64,000 bases of DNA from Lingula anatina (Eukaryota; Animalia; Brachiopoda), in the NCBI GenBank assembly GCA_051362555.1, contig CM120642.1, positions 1 through 64,000 of the forward strand, read 5' to 3'. The stretch's first letter is position 1, and each line of letters starts with the position of its first letter. Both the position numbers and the translations under genes were made by a program. This document shows positions 62,041 to 64,000 of the stretch, piece by piece. The notes beneath the pieces were generated by a model that saw only the letters and a list, made by a program, of their open reading frames with translations, ran no database searches and was not told the origin of the DNA.

Positions 62041-64000
62041 CCCCCCCACCAACATACCCACTAGCAATGTGGCTATATCTCCATTCTTTACTGATACTGT
62101 GTGGACGTTCCTATTATCTCTACACACGACCTAAGCCAGGATATGTTTGTCAGGGACCCGAATCTTAGTCAAGTGTAAAGTTATATGGAGATGATGGGTT
62201 TTGTCTGCAAAATTGAATTTCCCAAAGATTGTTTCATTGATTTTGAGAAAAGTGTCTCTCATGGGAGCTGTATTGAAAGGGTAACCCGGTCAACAAAGCT
62301 TTGATATATGGAAGATAGATATCGGAAAAGATATCACGTATAGTTAGGCCACTTTACCCAATGAAATGAGAAATAAAGCACCGCTGTTCCTAACACAAGG
62401 CATGGTACTAGGTTTGTGATCTCCAACTATATTAAGGCATATATACAGAAGACACGCTATCGCTATTATTAACGACCCATTCATTAGGACGATGTATATC
62501 GTGATGGCCACCAAAAACAGTTGAAGTATATTGGAAAAAAGCCGAAAAAATACCACGAAAGAAAACCATCGGGTAGTGTAAAGCCCACAGAAGCTCCTTT
62601 TCATTTCTGAAATAGGCTTATGAGTAAACCATGACCCATTCTTTGAAAATGTTGACCAAGCAAACATGCACATAGTGTATGTGTATGTAACGAAAAAGTT
62701 TTGTGCCATTAAGGACCTATTTCCAAATGAACATCTGGATGAAAAAGGGGTTTTATTGAGAAAAGTTAAAAGTACGCTCCTTCAGATTTACCCGCCAAAA
62801 TGGATTTTTCAGGGAAAATAAGCTATTTTCTCGTACTTACGAACCTGTAACCTATCCCTCTCTGCAATTGGATACCACCTTTGATAAAATGTATAAAGGT
62901 TAATTTTAGCTTAAAATTACTGGTCGTTCATTTTAACAGCGACCATTTTCCTATAATCCCCAACGGAAATATCAACGGAAATATCAACATTAGGTGCGCT
63001 CCAGAAAAATATTAAAAGGGCTTTAATCATTTTAAAGTGTATAATAGGTTTTATAAGAAGCTGTGGATTGCAAAAACTAGCATTTTGAGATTTTAAAACA
63101 ATGGAGTGTAGCTTTAACGGAAGAAGATATTCAGCATTTTATATATGTTTCAGAGGAACTGAAATTTAAATTTGATTTGATATCAGTGTAAATCACCAAG
63201 TCAATATCTCTTGTCCTGTTAGACAGCTTGGTAGTGACATATACTCTCCTCGCTCAGGCATTAAATCTATCAACATTTGTCAGGAAACACACTGCAGACA
63301 GCCGGAAGTGAACAACAGTGCTCACAATAGCGCAAATGAGCCAGTCTGCTTGATTGAATACCATTCATTGTCAGCTATTATTTCTACTTCGTTACCGTTA
63401 TCGAGCACAGAAATAAAGTGCTTTGTCAAACCTGGAAAACGTCCTGAAATTGACTACGTTTTAGCGGGCTATTATCTTTCACTTTAGAGAAAGATGATCT
63501 CACTTTGTACAAATAGACTTTCAGCCACATTGAAACGTCCCACAGGAAAAGAACACAATCAAAAATTAAGCTTCATTATCGACCAAACGATTTAATGTTT
63601 TGCTGAACTTGTGTAAGGTCCGGTAGAGAGCGTGCTATTTCACTTACTTGCTGTTTATTTCACCCGCTATGCATAAAGTGTTGACTTCTAAATTTCTTCG
63701 ATATTTCTTTTTTTATTTTTTCTTTTCTCTCGGTTTTGAATATTTATTTTATTCTTTATGTTTTATATTTAAGTGCAAGCGTCATTTGTTTTGTCTCTAT
63801 AGGAGAGCCTACACTTACATGTATCTCAATCCATGTAAATACATAGAAGCAGGGGGAACATTCAAATCAACACATTTACTACCTATTAGTTACCAATACA
63901 CTTCCCTGCCCCAGAACTATTTGTGGATACATTGCGTGTGGTTTATTTTTTCTTGCTTTTTATCTTTTATTTGATGTTAATGTCGGCCATACCCTGTTCA

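Overview
This is the left end of an AT-rich animal chromosome; the species cannot be determined, but it is probably an invertebrate. About 8.8 kb of (CCCTAA)n telomere joins directly onto a decayed RTE LINE fragment. Reading splice sites by hand gives three minus-strand, multi-exon genes that the ORF track misses. (1) A chitin-binding (CBM14-like) membrane protein whose transmembrane exon ends in an in-frame TGA; it is either a pseudogene or a TM-to-GPI-anchor conversion. (2) An apparently intact but divergent dihydrofolate reductase-like gene with an altered folate pocket, a required N-terminal extension and a candidate mitochondrial leader. (3) A 156-aa two-TM protein with a Pro-rich tail. 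The window holds about 15 unrelated minisatellite arrays (units of 23-86 bp). Three of them are amplified copies of exon-intron junctions, giving tandem banks of about 10-30 splice sites. Remnants of Penelope-like (with a hammerhead-like motif), Tc1, RTE and MITE elements are also present. I recognise no gene beyond about 43 kb. All gene models are manual and lack transcript support.
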